The translations under genes were made by a program, and so were the position numbers. The notes beneath the pieces are model-generated. The model made no database searches. It saw only the letters and a list, made by a program, of their open reading frames with translations, and was not told where the DNA came from. From Macrostomum lignano (Eukaryota): a DNA stretch of 64,000 nt. The DNA lies in contig NIVC01000301.1 in NCBI GenBank assembly GCA_002269645.1, forward strand, positions 160,372 through 224,371. Direction: 5' to 3'. Shown here in pieces: positions 46,865 through 59,090 of the stretch; the stretch's first letter is position 1; each line of letters opens with the position of its first letter.

Positions 46865-47712
46865 GTCCCTCTTACTTTCCAACTGGAACCAGTGACAACC
46901 ATTTCCAAAAACTTTTTACAATTACCATAGACAGCGACAGTTTAAGTACAGTTTGATTGGTTCAAGAATAAAATAGCCTATGGTCGCAAGTGGGGGCCTC
47001 AATGAATTTCTCAGTGGTAGTGTGCTTCGGTATAAATGTCTATAGTACAATACCAATAAAACAAGCATGCATCCATTAACAAGTCTATGGGCCAGAGCCT
47101 CGAGCTTGGCTCCCGCGTGCAGGCCGGTGGGTCGAGACGCAAGGAAAATAATGCCTGAACTGAAGGAAGCAACGGCCAGAATGCATAGTTTTCGTTTAGC
47201 AAAGCAAAAGGCTAACGGCTGCTTCATTTGCCACTGGTAAGTTTAAAGCAATGTTGCTAGTATTAGCAATGAAATGTGAAATTTTGTAAGCTAAGCTAAG
47301 CTAAACAAGGTGCTTCAACAAGTCAAGTGTAGGTTAGGTTCAAAAGTTAGGTTATTTGAAAAAAATTTTCAAAAATCTTTTCGAAAGATTTCGAGAGTAA
47401 CACGATTTTTCATGCTTTGTTATTCTGTTTTTATGGCGAACCGTAGATAAAAAGTTATGCCATTTTAAATCCTCATTTTTCAATCAATGTTTATTTGCAC
47501 GGAAGGAAAATGAAAACTTTGAACAAAAATGTGGGCCTGGATAAAACTGGTTGATAGTGGCATGGTACGTTGCATTTGTGTATTTTTTATGCACAGGGTC
47601 GAATCAACTGTCATATACTCAGAAGGTTTCGCACAGTTGTCGCCAGACGATTTCCGCGTGCACGTAGCTCGAGGGGAAGGTCACATTTGCGTTTCGGAAC
47701 GTCTCAATATTA

Positions 47713-48222
47713 GGCCGTATGAATAAAGTGAGCATTTGCATAAACTCGACCGAATTCTCGATTCAGTATGAATAAAATGAGCACTTACTCACGAATAAAT
47801 GCTCCAAGGTTTTTTCTATTAAGTTAATGGTCGACTGTTGAGTATCTACCATGGAGGAAAGAATAGGATGGAGTGCTAATCTGAGCCAGTTATTTTCTCG
47901 CTCGATCTTCACTTTTAGCATCCCTTCCCCCCCCCGTTCTTCATGATGTCAGTCTTTGCTTTGAGTTGACCCTTGATACACTCGTATTTTCCAGCTTCTT
48001 AAAGATATTCTTGGCGTAGGACTGCTTCCCTGCCTTGCTTAAATCATCTTGGATTGCCACTACGGCTTTGTTCTTCTCTTCTACTACGCAAAGGGTCTTC
48101 CCCTTATCCAGCAAACAGGGATGCTTTACGACAAAACTTACAAAGCACTTGCTTGGACTCAGAGTAATTGCTCAGCTTTGAGCTGTTACTCCTGAGTTTT
48201 TGCTCATTTTATTCATACGGGC
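47713..48222. mobile_element. Probable MITE with ~22-bp TIR G[G/C]CCGTATGAATAAA[G/A]TGAGCA; contains a solitary CATGG-family arm at 47850
   Basis: 20/22 inverted match between the ends; no clear TSD. Confidence 0.55.
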
Positions 48223-48273
48223 TCATAAGGATAGCCTTCAAAAATGGCAGAATTCATGCCCGGAAGGGCCCAG

Positions 48274-49066
48274 GGGGTGTTTCATAGACCGCTTGTCAGA
48301 GTTACAAGTGCGACAAGTGAGCAGTAAGTAGCGGTTTCCGTTTCATAGAATTACAAGTGACAAGTGACAAGTTCTGACAAGTGACAAGTGAGTAGTGACA
48401 ATTGCTAGTTACAAGCGGTTTGTTTCATAGACATTGCTTCTTAAAGAGTGAGCAGCGTTTGATTTTCGACAAGCTTAAGTAGTCCCGCGAGATTTGTCAA
48501 ACTTGTAGCTATCAGATTTCGCTTCGCATGGCAACATGTTCGATTCTGATTCGGACTCTTTGGACGAAGCTATTGGCCACATTGCATTGGCAAAGAGACC
48601 AGAATGTTTAAACCACGAATAAACTTTCAATTTGAGGATCGAATTGATTCAATTCCTTCGTAATTATAGAGGAAAACTCTCCAAACACGCCTTTCTCTCG
48701 TTAAGCAGACGGAGTATGGCGTTTTTGTTTTCAACCGTGAGAGGCATTCTTACGCTTGCTATAAGTGGGCCAAACGTGTAAGATAGACTCTATGCCAAAG
48801 ATTAAATATAATAAATATTGATAAATATCGTCTTTCCTCTATACAGAACTAGATCATATCCAGGGTCCAACGGGAGTCGGCTGTGGCTGCGCCTGGGACG
48901 GACTTGATGTTTGGCCCATAGATATTTAGTTCACTACTCAGTCAGCTTGTAACTTGTCACTGGATTTACTCATACTCGTACAAATCAGTCTATGACACAA
49001 AAATCTGTAGCACTTGTAATTTTTTAACTTGTCACTTGTGGCTTGTCAAATCAATGAAACACCCCC
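48274..49066 (+). mobile_element. Harbinger deletion derivative A
   Basis: TIR GGGGTGTTTCAT...ATGAAACACCCC with CAG/CTG flanks; (GACAAGT) subterminal repeats; remnant of a transposase N-terminus (MFDSDSDSL...FKPRINF). Confidence 0.8.
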
Positions 49067-49094
49067 CTGGGGAGTGTTTCATATAATTTACAAG

Positions 49095-49380
49095 TTACAA
49101 GCTACAAGCTACAAGTTTAATAGCTACAAGCTACAAGTTTAATAGCTACAAGTTTAATAGCTACAAGTTTAATAGCTACAAGCTACAAGTTTAATAGCTA
49201 CAAGTTTAATAGCTACAAGCTACAAGTTTAATAGCTACAAGTTTAATAGCTACAAGCTACAAGTTTAATAGCTACAAGTTTAATAGCTACAAGCTACAAG
49301 TTTAATAGCTACAAGTTTAATAGCTACAAGCTACAAGTTTAATAGCTACAAGTTTAATAGCTACAAGCTACGAGCTACAA
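49095..49380. repeat. Subterminal array of GCTACAA / GCTACAAGTTTAATA units
   Basis: Read directly. Confidence 0.9.
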
Positions 49381-49717
49381 GCAAAAGTGTTACACAACAC
49401 TGCTTGTAGATTTCAGCCAAGAATCGTACAAGTTTGACAAGCTTGTAACTATTCACTTCATCGTCTATGGTAAAAAACTTACCTCTTTGGGGTGGTAGAG
49501 AGAACGACTCGAAGCTAAAAACAAAACTCATTATCATATAGACTATCGTTTTTTAATGCATTTTTTAATGAAGCTGTTAAGTCACGATAAATTGCCATAG
49601 ATTATGAGCGAGAAATTCACTGTTTTTATTCATGTATGCAACAAGAACTTTAACAGGAAACAGATCGAGGATATAGCAAAGCAAACGAATACCAAAGTAC
49701 GAGCTATATATTCTTTG

Positions 49718-50548
49718 TTAGAAGTTGAACGTGCACCCATCGAAGAGGCAGTTGGCAAACATCGGCTGTTGCACACTTCGCATGTCAACTTGAGCTTGCT
49801 GCATGACTGTTGCACTAGTGGTTGCACTCGTAGTCGCCTCGGTTGGTGGGGCCAAATTGTCACTAACAGCGGTAGCAACCTTCCTGAGGGTTCTGTCACG
49901 CTTGCGTGCGAGATAATGTCGAACAGTGGACTCCGATCGTTGTCCCGTTACCGCCATTATCTCACCCATAGGCATTCCTTTGTCGAAAAGATCCGCAATA
50001 CGCGTGACGCGTATGCAGTGATTCGTGTACTGCTTGGAGGGGTTGCACACACTACTAACGTGCTTCATGAATGCCGCCAACCAATTGACACCGCGCACTT
50101 GCGTAGCAGAGAAGCGAATTTGTCCTCCCGAATTGTTAGTCAGAGGGCGCGGAAAGAACGAGGACGAATTCTGCGGTAACAAACTCTGATAATGCAGGAT
50201 CAACTCCCGCTGAGCGCCGTAGATCCGACTCTGTTTGCGCTGAGTTCCCTTGCATTTTGTTGGATCGCTACTCTGGTTTTTTGTCTTTATCGGCGGCAAA
50301 GCAAGATATGGATTCCCATCAGCGTCGACTTCTTCTTGGAGCGTGCCAACTTGCTTTAGACTTGACAGGTGTTCTTGACCTCTCTCGCCCAGGACATACA
50401 GCAGCGTAAATAGTACTTCATCTTGCAACCGTTCAACCGAACGGTCAAAATAAGCACGCATTTTCTGTAAATCACCTTCTTCTATTGGCTCGTGCTGATT
50501 GACAGTGCCTCCATCAGCATGAAAATGCCGCACCTTTACTCGCAGCAT
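49718..50548 (-). pseudogene. Crypton-type (DUF3504/KCTD1-N-like) tyrosine recombinase, N-terminally broken
   Basis: RLQDEVLFTLLYVLGERGQE, YTNHCIRVT, IMAVTGQRSESTVRHY; an in-frame stop lies just upstream. Confidence 0.75.
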
Positions 50549-50710
50549 CTTACTGCTGTCTTACGCTCAGACCAGTCCACTGACTAACTTCTTCACCAGG
50601 ATCACGATGTCCAAGTTGCTGCAGAAACGCAATCTCATTCATTTCTAAACCGCTAATATCTTTCTCTAGTATTGATTCCCAGTGAAACATGGCTAATTCC
50701 GAACCTTTAA

Positions 50711-53353
50711 CCACGAGAAGACTGATGGTAAGCAGTGCTTACCATGGCCCAACTCAACTTTCTGCCGACCAGAGTAAATTAAATTCTATGGCTAAATTGG
50801 TAGTATCCGTTCTTGCCGGATATGGTAAGCACTGCTTACCATGAGTATTCTAGGTTTTCTTGTTTTCTGACAATTATAGGCTTTGCATTCTACATTCTTA
50901 ATTGTTTCGTCAGTAACGTTCCTTTGTGCATTGGTTCAAAAACACACATTTTGTTCGAAGAGGCTTCAATAAAGTTTGAAATCGAATTAACTAATAACAG
51001 AGTTAAACAACAAAAACGAGAATGAAAAACCTGATAATATTCTGGCTGATCGAACTTACTGCGCATACAGAGCGTACGGCTCGTGCACTACAGAAACTAT
51101 AACTAGTGAAACTAATATAAATTATCAAGAGTTGTGAACTAATTTGAGATAAAGACAAGAGCCAAAAACAGTAAACAGAAAGGATGAAAACTTTAGTTTT
51201 AGCAGAAAGTGAGTCCATTCTGCCGATGCTCGTACTTTAACGCTGCGAATGCCAGCGTTGGAAGCAATCTAACAAACAAAGTCCCGGGCATCCTGGACAT
51301 CGGCTGCAGAAATAAACTGTGCGCCGGGAACTGGCAGAACTGTAGCACATTCTGCACCTTTTCGTAGGTCTGGGCTGGGTAGGACGACCTGGGATTTTCT
51401 CCGGAAAATGCTGCTCAGAGACTGCAACTGTTTGCAGCATGGAAGCCGGTCGCTTCCTGCCATTTCCAGTTCGCTCTATCAAATCACGGAAGCTGGCTTC
51501 GAGATATCTGATAAAAGTATTCTGGCCACCACACTTGCAGTACAGAACCCAAGCGTTGCGCACCATTTGAAGGCACATATGCAAACCCAGCTTGTGGAAC
51601 CATTTTGTTGTCTTTCTGCCGGCATCATAGGGCTGCAGGGTGCCGTCCAGCGTGTCCACTCCACCCATGCAGCGATTGTAAGTTAGCACACTGCGGCTCT
51701 TCTGCACTGCCACATGCTGACCAGCTCGATTGATCTTGACTTTCTCTGCCTTTGACGCAACGTCCTTCGTGTCCAGCAAATACAAGGTCTTGACTCCACT
51801 CTGCTTTCTCTCGACAGCCTTCACAATCAGAACACGTCCCTTCCTCGCGAAAGCTACATTATTCGGAACCACTAAAGCCTGCCGAAGCTGAGCCGGAACT
51901 CCTCGGTCTGGCCTCACGGTGCCCGTCAAGAACGTTGAATGGTCGATAAGGAACTGGGACAACCTGTATGATGTAAACCAGGTGTCGGTAAATATTCTGT
52001 ACCCCTGGTCCAGAATGTCCTTGGCCAGCTCAGCTACGATTCGCTCACTGAGAGAAAGATGTTCCCAGTCGTGTGTGGAGCCAAACTTCCGATTTTCTTC
52101 TGGAGTTGAGTGCACAAGGAAACTGAAGAGATAAGCAGACTTCGACTCACACAGACAGTACATTTTCATGCCGGACTTCGCCCGCTTTGTTGGAATGTAC
52201 TGCTTAAAACGAAGTCGGCCCTTAAACAGTATCAATGACTCATCAATGCTCACTTCACATTCAGGCCGGTAGTTGTTCTTGCAATAAGTTTGGAGCAGAT
52301 TCATGAATGGACGAATCTTGTGTAGTGGGTTGGCGCTTGCTTCTTCCCTGCTGTCGTAGAAGCGCAGAAATGTCAGCAGCTGTTTGAATCTATCGCGAGC
52401 TAACGCCTCGGGCTTCTGAAAGTAAGGTATGCAGTGAAAATCGTCTGTGCTCCAGTAGTCATGTAGCTCGGACTTTTTGTTCAGGCCCATGTACAAGTGC
52501 ATGCCGACTAGCTTTTTCATCTCGCTTGCGGTGCAGTCCCGCCAGCTAGATACAATGGACGGAAGGACGTCCGTCTCAGGATCCAGTTCCATCAGCATGG
52601 TGGCCACCTTGGCGTTTGTCCATTCAGCGAGGCGTTGGAAAAGCTCTTCAGAAAGAAACATTTGTAAAAATAAAGACTTATCCTTCTCAACATCCTCAGG
52701 AATTAAAAAGTTCGGATTGAGGCCAGCAGTTCCGGTAAATTCAAAACATTCTGTCCCTTCATCGGACCCAGGCTCGACAAGTCGCCAAAAATTCTCAACT
52801 TCAGCAGTATCGCCATCTGCAAACTCCTGTTCTTCCTCGCCGTCAGGCCCTTCTATGGTTGGAGGATTGCCATCCAGTGCTTCTTCGCCAACCTCCTCGC
52901 CAGGCTCCTCGTCTATTGTTAAGTAGGAGTCGAGGCTTGCTTCACTGTCAGAGGTCATGTAGTCGATCTCAGAGGCAGAAGCCATGTACTTTAGGATATC
53001 AGTGAGTAAATACTGTGTCAAATTTAGCGAGAAAAGGCTAACAAACAAGATGGTAAGAGTGTTACTGTAAGAAAGCTAGTTTTATAGCAAAGGGGACTTG
53101 CTGTCTGAGCACAGATTTCTATGGTAAGCAGCGCATACCAAGCAGGCAGCAAGTGAAACTGTTTTATTGGCTAAAGCAGTAGTGCTGTTCATTTCCTTCC
53201 CGTCTAGCGTGTCAGTTTGAGCCAAGCTGGATCAGTAAGCCTAGCCAGCAGGAATGGAAGTGACATGCTATGCCAGAAAATATCTATGGTAAGCACTGCT
53301 TACCAAGCAGTCGGGAACAGACAAATTATGGATTCTGGTTAGGCAGGAAGAGG
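50711..53353 (-). mobile_element. piggyBac transposon between TTAA sites (50707-50710, 53354-53357)
   Basis: TTAA|CC...GG|TTAA; palindromic ATGGTAAGCA-N-TGCTTACCA motifs near both ends; contains an intact transposase. Confidence 0.82.
51237..52985 (-). CDS. Intact piggyBac (PGBD4-like) transposase, 582 aa from ATG 52985
   Basis: DDD triad in SIDESL, FTDTWFTS and MGGVDTLD; C-terminal Cys-rich domain CRMC...CSRC...LC..CF..WH; no stops. Confidence 0.93.
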   Translation of the reverse strand: MASASEIDYMTSDSEASLDSYLTIDEEPGEEVGEEALDGNPPTIEGPDGEEEQEFADGDTAEVENFWRLVEPGSDEGTECFEFTGTAGLNPNFLIPEDVEKDKSLFLQMFLSEELFQRLAEWTNAKVATMLMELDPETDVLPSIVSSWRDCTASEMKKLVGMHLYMGLNKKSELHDYWSTDDFHCIPYFQKPEALARDRFKQLLTFLRFYDSREEASANPLHKIRPFMNLLQTYCKNNYRPECEVSIDESLILFKGRLRFKQYIPTKRAKSGMKMYCLCESKSAYLFSFLVHSTPEENRKFGSTHDWEHLSLSERIVAELAKDILDQGYRIFTDTWFTSYRLSQFLIDHSTFLTGTVRPDRGVPAQLRQALVVPNNVAFARKGRVLIVKAVERKQSGVKTLYLLDTKDVASKAEKVKINRAGQHVAVQKSRSVLTYNRCMGGVDTLDGTLQPYDAGRKTTKWFHKLGLHMCLQMVRNAWVLYCKCGGQNTFIRYLEASFRDLIERTGNGRKRPASMLQTVAVSEQHFPEKIPGRPTQPRPTKRCRMCYSSASSRRTVYFCSRCPGCPGLCLLDCFQRWHSQR

Positions 53354-53502
53354 TTAAAGCTGTTTAAATCTTATTTTTCTCTCCCACCCACCAGGGGCCG
53401 ATTTCACGAAACACTGCTAACAGCTATTTAGCCACTGCTAACTGCCAAAAGCAGTGGCTGGGTTACTCAAAGTGACTGCTAAGTAGCAGCGTCTAGCTGT
53501 CT

Positions 53503-54105
53503 ATGACTAGCAGGTCAGATCGGGTGCCGAGGGTGAGAGAGTTGATTTCACGAAGCTCATTGAACGTGATGCTCGTGTCAGGTCCCCAACACCAATTCCT
53601 GGCATGTAACGCGTCCTGGCCGGGAAGTGTGAACGACGTTCGCGTGCTGCGTAATAGCAGCGTGTATGATGCGTTCGAGAACGCAGGATTTCGACCATTT
53701 CACGATGCAGTCTTATTGGGAGACTCAATCTACCCATGCCTTGAATGGCTGGTCCCACCTGTCCACGGTGACAATCTCCCGGTTGCATCTCGGCGGTTCA
53801 ACCGGGCACATCGAGTGACGCGCTCCTCGGTCGAGCGGAGCATTGGCCTACTGAAGCTAAGGTTTCCGTGTCTGCGGATGCTGCGCGTGGCGACCCCCGA
53901 GTTGGCTGGTGAGATTGTGAAGACCTGCGTCACACTACACAATCTCTGCAAAAGCATCGAGGGAGAAGTTGACGACAACATCGTTCAGAAATACAACATC
54001 ACGGAGGAAGAAGACGCTGGAGGACATCATGCCGTGGCAGCTCACGTTGCTCCTCACGGAGCTCGCCGACGGGACAGGCTTGTGGCCGGTTTCGCGGCAC
54101 AATGA
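53503..54105 (+). pseudogene. C-terminal half of a Harbinger DDE_Tnp_4 transposase
   Basis: SLNVMLV...WPGSVNDVRVL, LLGDSIYP, RSSVERSIGLLKLRF; N-terminal half deleted. Confidence 0.85.
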
Positions 54106-54399
54106 GTGGCGCTATTGTGGTCTACACTGTGGTTGTCGTTTGTCAGTGGTAACAAACCATTGCTACTTTACATGCGATAGTTGTGTCCAAATTTGTGTCG
54201 AAAGTTTGTTTTGGGTGTTCATGTTTTTGGAAGGAAGTGGTCACTGTATTACTACATGTACCTTCGGCATATGAAAGCAAAATGGATAAGGCCAAACAGC
54301 CCCCTGTCAATTGTCAACGCTTCAATAAACCCATATTATCCATTGTGTATTTCCAGCACGATACTATGATGTATTTTTCGTGAAAAACGATTGTAACAT

Positions 54400-54767
54400 C
54401 GACATACATGTACTGAAATGTAACAACAGTAGCAGTAACAACAAACACTGGCACTCTTCCTTCCGATGATCTGCAGCACGAGATCGTCCAGTTCGGTGAT
54501 TTTGCGCTCAACGCCCCCATCGCTTCCCGTCTTTCTTCTTTCATCGTTCTTCTTATTTGCTCCCAGCCTCAGATTTTTTCAGAGCGTGTCTCTCAGCTGC
54601 GTCACCGATTTGTCTACACCGTGAGCCACCATGATGCTTTGCACTTCGTTCCATGCTTGCAGCTTTCTCTTCTTACCGTCCGCATAGTCGTCGAATTTTT
54701 CCATAAGGACATCCTTCCGTCGTAGCATCTCAAGCAGAAACAGCTTCTTGTTCTCGTTCGACACCAT
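54400..54767 (-). pseudogene. Harbinger Myb/SANT-like DNA-binding protein with a TGG>TGA nonsense change
   Basis: KRKLQAWNEV...QLRDTL*KNLR...KITELDDLVLQIIG; the paralogue at 55.6 kb has YLRDTVWPNIK. Confidence 0.8.
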
Positions 54768-55443
54768 GGCAGAATAGTCACAGACGGATCCGATCCAGCG
54801 ACAACCAGAGAATGATGTACGCGTCTCCTTTGGTATGTTTATTACAAAAAGAACTTTTTTGTTCTTTTAGAGTTTAGAACTTCTGCTTCAATAAAGAGGG
54901 CGCGAGACACGATAAAGTAAGATGTAGGGCTTTCCTATCGCAGAAAAGGCACAAATCAATAATCGTCTTATTGACGCCTCATGTCTATGGCGGAGACCCA
55001 CGCTAGCATGCTTTTAGCCACGGCTTACTAGCCGTTGCTTTTTAGCATGGTGTTGTGAAACCACTTTTTCAGACGCGTCTAAATAGCACGGCTAAACTAG
55101 CTGCTGCTAACTGCTAACTGCTAGCTGTTTCGTGAAATCGGCCCCAGGAGAAGAATGCTTCACACTCTATTTGGGTTTCAACCATAGACAGTCTCTGTGG
55201 ACTGCGAAACCGCCACTAAGCATATAGCTAAAGCTTTTTTAACCATAGACAGTTTCTGTGGACGTGAAACCGCGTTGTGCGTCCGCGCTTCAGCCTACCC
55301 ATAACACTAATATGGACTGGCTGTTCGGACTGAAATGAACTGAAACGCCTCGGCATTTCAGTCCTCAACAGCCAGTCTATATTAATATATTTCATCCACG
55401 CTAGCTTCTTACATTCGTCTATTCGCTTTCGCTTTCGCTTACG

Positions 55444-56160
55444 ATGCCTCTCTCTGCAAGTGAGAAGACGCTTCTGTTAGAGAAGATACGCGACGTCAAG
55501 GGAACTTTATTTGGCGAGTTCACCTCGGTGCTAACCAGAGAAAAACGAACGAACGCATGCAAGTCGTCCGGACTTGCCGTGAGGAATATGGTTTCGATCC
55601 GTGTCCCAGCAAAGATTTTACCTACTTGCGTGACACCGTTTGGCCAAATATTAAGCGCAGAACAATTGAGAAGGTGGATGCCAATAAGAAGACAGGAGCA
55701 GATGGTGGAAAGGACAAGCAACTAACCGAAGTTTCTAGACATCATCGACAAGAGGTCCGCCATCGTTGTTGGTCTGGATGTCCCGGAGACGTACGAAAGC
55801 ACGGAGAACAACGCTGGGGACCACCACGCCAATGATGATCATCTACTGGAAAGTACAATTCATCATGACGTACAAACGTCCGCTGCTAGCACATCGCCCG
55901 GGGCGAGAACGAGCACATTTTCTGGATCGACGCAATCGACGCCTAAGCGATCTACTTCGACGGCTTCTAGTGGCAAAGCTACTGTGGACGAAGTTGCACT
56001 CAAGAGAAGAAAGATGGAGTTGCAAATCACTGAGCTAGAAATGCGATCAGAAAACTGGAGACTGCGAAACGAAAAGCTACGGATCGAGATTGAAACTCTC
56101 CAAGCACAGCGCAACTGGACAGGTAATTGTGCACCTGCTACGCTTTTTAATCAGCTGTAG
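55444..56160 (+). pseudogene. Harbinger Myb/SANT-like gene, frameshifted
   Basis: EKTLLLEKIRDVKGTLFGEF / YLRDTVWPNIKRR...QLTEV / coiled-coil KRRKMELQITELE, in different frames. Confidence 0.8.
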
Positions 56161-56689
56161 TCGGTGTTCGGAGTAATGAGTTGCTTCACTGTGCTTCCAG
56201 TCTATTTCAGCAGCATTGACATATCGTGACTTTTAGGAACGCGGTTGAACAATTTTGTTAATTAGAAGGGTTGAAGTTTAGTTCAATGATGGACAGGTTA
56301 CTTACAAATACATTAAACGCAACTTGTAACTAGTAGCTACCTTTAAAAACTTTAACACTTGCGATCTCATGCCTGTCACTGAATTGAGTTTACGCTTACT
56401 GTATAGTTTCCCACTCAACCGGTTAATTTAGAAGTTTCTGCTTAACATGCGTTTAGCAATTGCTGTTGCAAAGAAATATCGTTGGAAAATAGAACCGCTA
56501 ACGTTTATCCAAATGTACGTTTGCTAAATACCCTCGTCTCTAATACCGTTCGTCCGCATCTCTGTTGTCGACTAATATCGTTATACATAATAACAATGCG
56601 AGCAATGCGAAGCAGTTTTTTGTTAAGAGCAGGCAATTTTTAATTCAAATACATTGAATTGAGTAAACATTCGTACAATTATCAGTTGT

Positions 56690-57725
56690 TCAATGCATCA
56701 ATTGCACAATTTGTTGTCTTCTTCCCTCCTCGGCGGCATCGTCCACTTCTTCCGTGTAGTCCTCTTCTGCAGCGACGTAGTCTTCTAGTCCATCCACATC
56801 TGTGTTGGGCAACAGCAGGTTATGAAGAGCAACGCAGCAGCGAATAACATTGCATCCAAAAACGGGATCGAATGGTAAACTCGACTGTAGACAGCGAAAA
56901 CGTTGCTTGAGTATCCCGAATGCACACTCGACACGCGAACGCGTCCGTTTGTGCGCCCTATTATATGCGCGCTCCTGAAACGTGACGGCCTGCTGCAATG
57001 GGACTAGAAGATAGTTTCGATTGGGGTAGCCACTATCTCCAAGCAGATAACCATTGGGGTATGGACGCCAACCAGCATCCAGAAGATCTCAGAGCGTACT
57101 TTGACGAAAAACCCGCGCATCGTTAACTGCACCAGGCCACTTAGCGGACACGTATAAAAAGCGATAGCTTGCATCGCATACGAGCATTGCGTTGATTGAC
57201 GGGTAGCCGTGGCGATTGATATACTGTTCAGGAATTGTCGTGTGGCTTTCGAATCCTGACGTGTGTTCCGTCGATGCAGCCAATGACACACGGCAATTGA
57301 GCGATATCCCGAAAATCGTGTAAGAGCCGTTGCATTTCGCCGGGATTATCTGGCCACTTTACTAGACGCGGCAGTAGCGCCTCGTTCACAGCCGTCACTA
57401 CTCGGTGTAGAGCTCTACTTGCAGTTGGCTTAGACACGCCATGAGCATCGGCGATGATGGAAAAGTTTGCTCCTGTAGCCAAATAACGAAGAGCCAAGCG
57501 TATTTGTTGCGAATTGCTCAAAGCGTAGTTGCGGCTCGTCGGGTGGTCCAGTGTCGCTCCGATAGTATTTGACAGTTCTAGCACATGTTCCTCCCATAGC
57601 GGAAACCTTGACATGTGATCGCTGTAGTTGACATCCCAGATAAAATTGACACGCTCTTTAAACGTGCGTCGTCGCTTGGGTTCGACAGAACCGTCGCTCT
57701 CATCGTCTGACGTTTTGAACAGCAT
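56690..57725 (-). pseudogene. HARBI1-like Harbinger transposase, frameshifted
   Basis: LALRYLATG...GCIDGTHV; YINRHGYPSINAMLVCD...WPGAVNDARVF; YNRAHKRTRSRVECAFGILKQRFRCL. Confidence 0.9.
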
Positions 57726-58083
57726 AAATCGAAGTAGCCCGAGCACAATTAAGCACAATAATAATCGATAGTAAAAAATACGCAGTGCGATTAGAGGTTG
57801 CTTAGTGAGGTTAGAAGAAAGCGTTCTTTGAAAACTGTGTGCTTTTAGTTTACAAGTGCGAGTAAAAGAAGGCGACTATTCAACTTGTCAGCAATTACAA
57901 GTGTTTGGGGTTGTAGACATAGACGCTTTATGAAACAAAACGCTTGTAGCACGTACTTGTAGCTACTCTCTTGTAGCTTGTAGGAGCTTGTAGCTTTGTC
58001 AAAGTTTATGAAACGAAATTCACTTGTAACTTGTCACTGATCCCACTTGTAGCTACTACAAGTCATTTATGAAACACCCCCTG

Positions 58084-58196
58084 GGGGCGTTTCATGCGTC
58101 CTTGTTACAAGCTAGAAGCATGAATAGTGACAAGTGACTATCAGTTGCTTACTTGTCACTATTCACTTGTAGCTTGTCAAATCTATGAAACACCCC
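58084..58196. mobile_element. 113-bp Harbinger MITE C
   Basis: GGGGCGTTTCAT...ATGAAACACCCC with CTG on both sides; shares its left ~55 bp with element D. Confidence 0.8.
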
Positions 58197-58199
58197 CTG

Positions 58200-59090
58200 G
58201 GGGCGTTTCATACGTCCTTGTTACAAGCTAGAAGCATGAATAGTGACAAGTGACAAGTGAACTTCGTTTCATAGGCATCCAAAACTTTACAAGCGCCTAA
58301 AAGTGACAAGTAACTTGCTACAAGCTCTTCTACAGGCGTCTTGTTCCATAGACGCTCTGTGTAGACTAGTGCAAATACTTGTAGAATGGACAAGTTTGAA
58401 TAGTGACTTGTAGAGCTTTTGGAAGCAATTAGTTTGTTATTCTATTTGTTCTAAGTTGTTCTATTTTCGATCTTCGCCACAAAAAGATATGCATTTTGTA
58501 GATAGTGATAAGGACGATAGTGACGTTGAAGTCGCCCCGAAACGCCTAATAGTGTCATGTTGTGCCAAATAGTGTCTCTCAGATACGTGAAATCCTTTTT
58601 AGGACACGGATCAAACCCGAAGTCGAAGCGACATAGCTCCAAGATATATTTCCACCCGTTACATCCCTTCTCTTTTGTTAGGATTTCAGTGAATTCACCG
58701 AATAAAGTATCCTTTTTCTATTTTATTTTTTCTAATGCAATCTTCTTCTCCTAGATAGACGTGGCATTCTTGCTCGCGTAGGAAAATGATTTGGCAGAGG
58801 AATGGGCTGCGGGTGCTGAAAATGAGAATGTCTTTTAATAGTCTTGTTTTTAATAGATTTTGACCATAGACATTTGTAGATCGACACTTGTAGCCTGTAG
58901 CTATTCGCTCAACTTACAAATTAAGTGGTGAAACGCATACTCTTGTAACTTGCCACTTGTAGTTTGTAGTGCACACACTACTACACACTTGTGTAGTACA
59001 CACACTACACACTGTACACACACTACACACTACCACACTTGTAGTGTACAAGCTTTTAGCTTTTAATTTGTAACTCGTACGAACCGCCCC
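58200..59090 (-). mobile_element. Harbinger derivative D with a decayed Myb-like fragment (~58750-58480)
   Basis: TIR GGGGCGTTTCATACG / CGTACGAACCGCCCC (2 mismatches), CTG TSD; DTLFGEFTEIL...FDPCPKKDFTYLRDTIWHN. Confidence 0.8.

Larger units (their letters stand above)
53395..55144. mobile_element. Harbinger deletion derivative E with perfect 19-bp TIR GGGCCGATTTCACGAAACA and CAG TSD
   Basis: TIRs and CAG at 53392-53394 and 55145-55147; convergent transposase and Myb remnants inside. Confidence 0.92.
49070..58080. mobile_element. Large Harbinger element B carrying Myb-like and transposase pseudogenes plus nested insertions
   Basis: Left GGGAGTGTTTCAT with TACAAG repeats; right CTTGTA repeats with ATGAAACACCCC; CTG on both sides. 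The end pairing is inferred. Confidence 0.7.

Noticed and set aside
53371-53390. 18-bp match (TTATTTTTCTCTCCCACC) to the reverse strand near 18892-18909
   Set aside because: Short and low-complexity; insufficient to infer a shared element.
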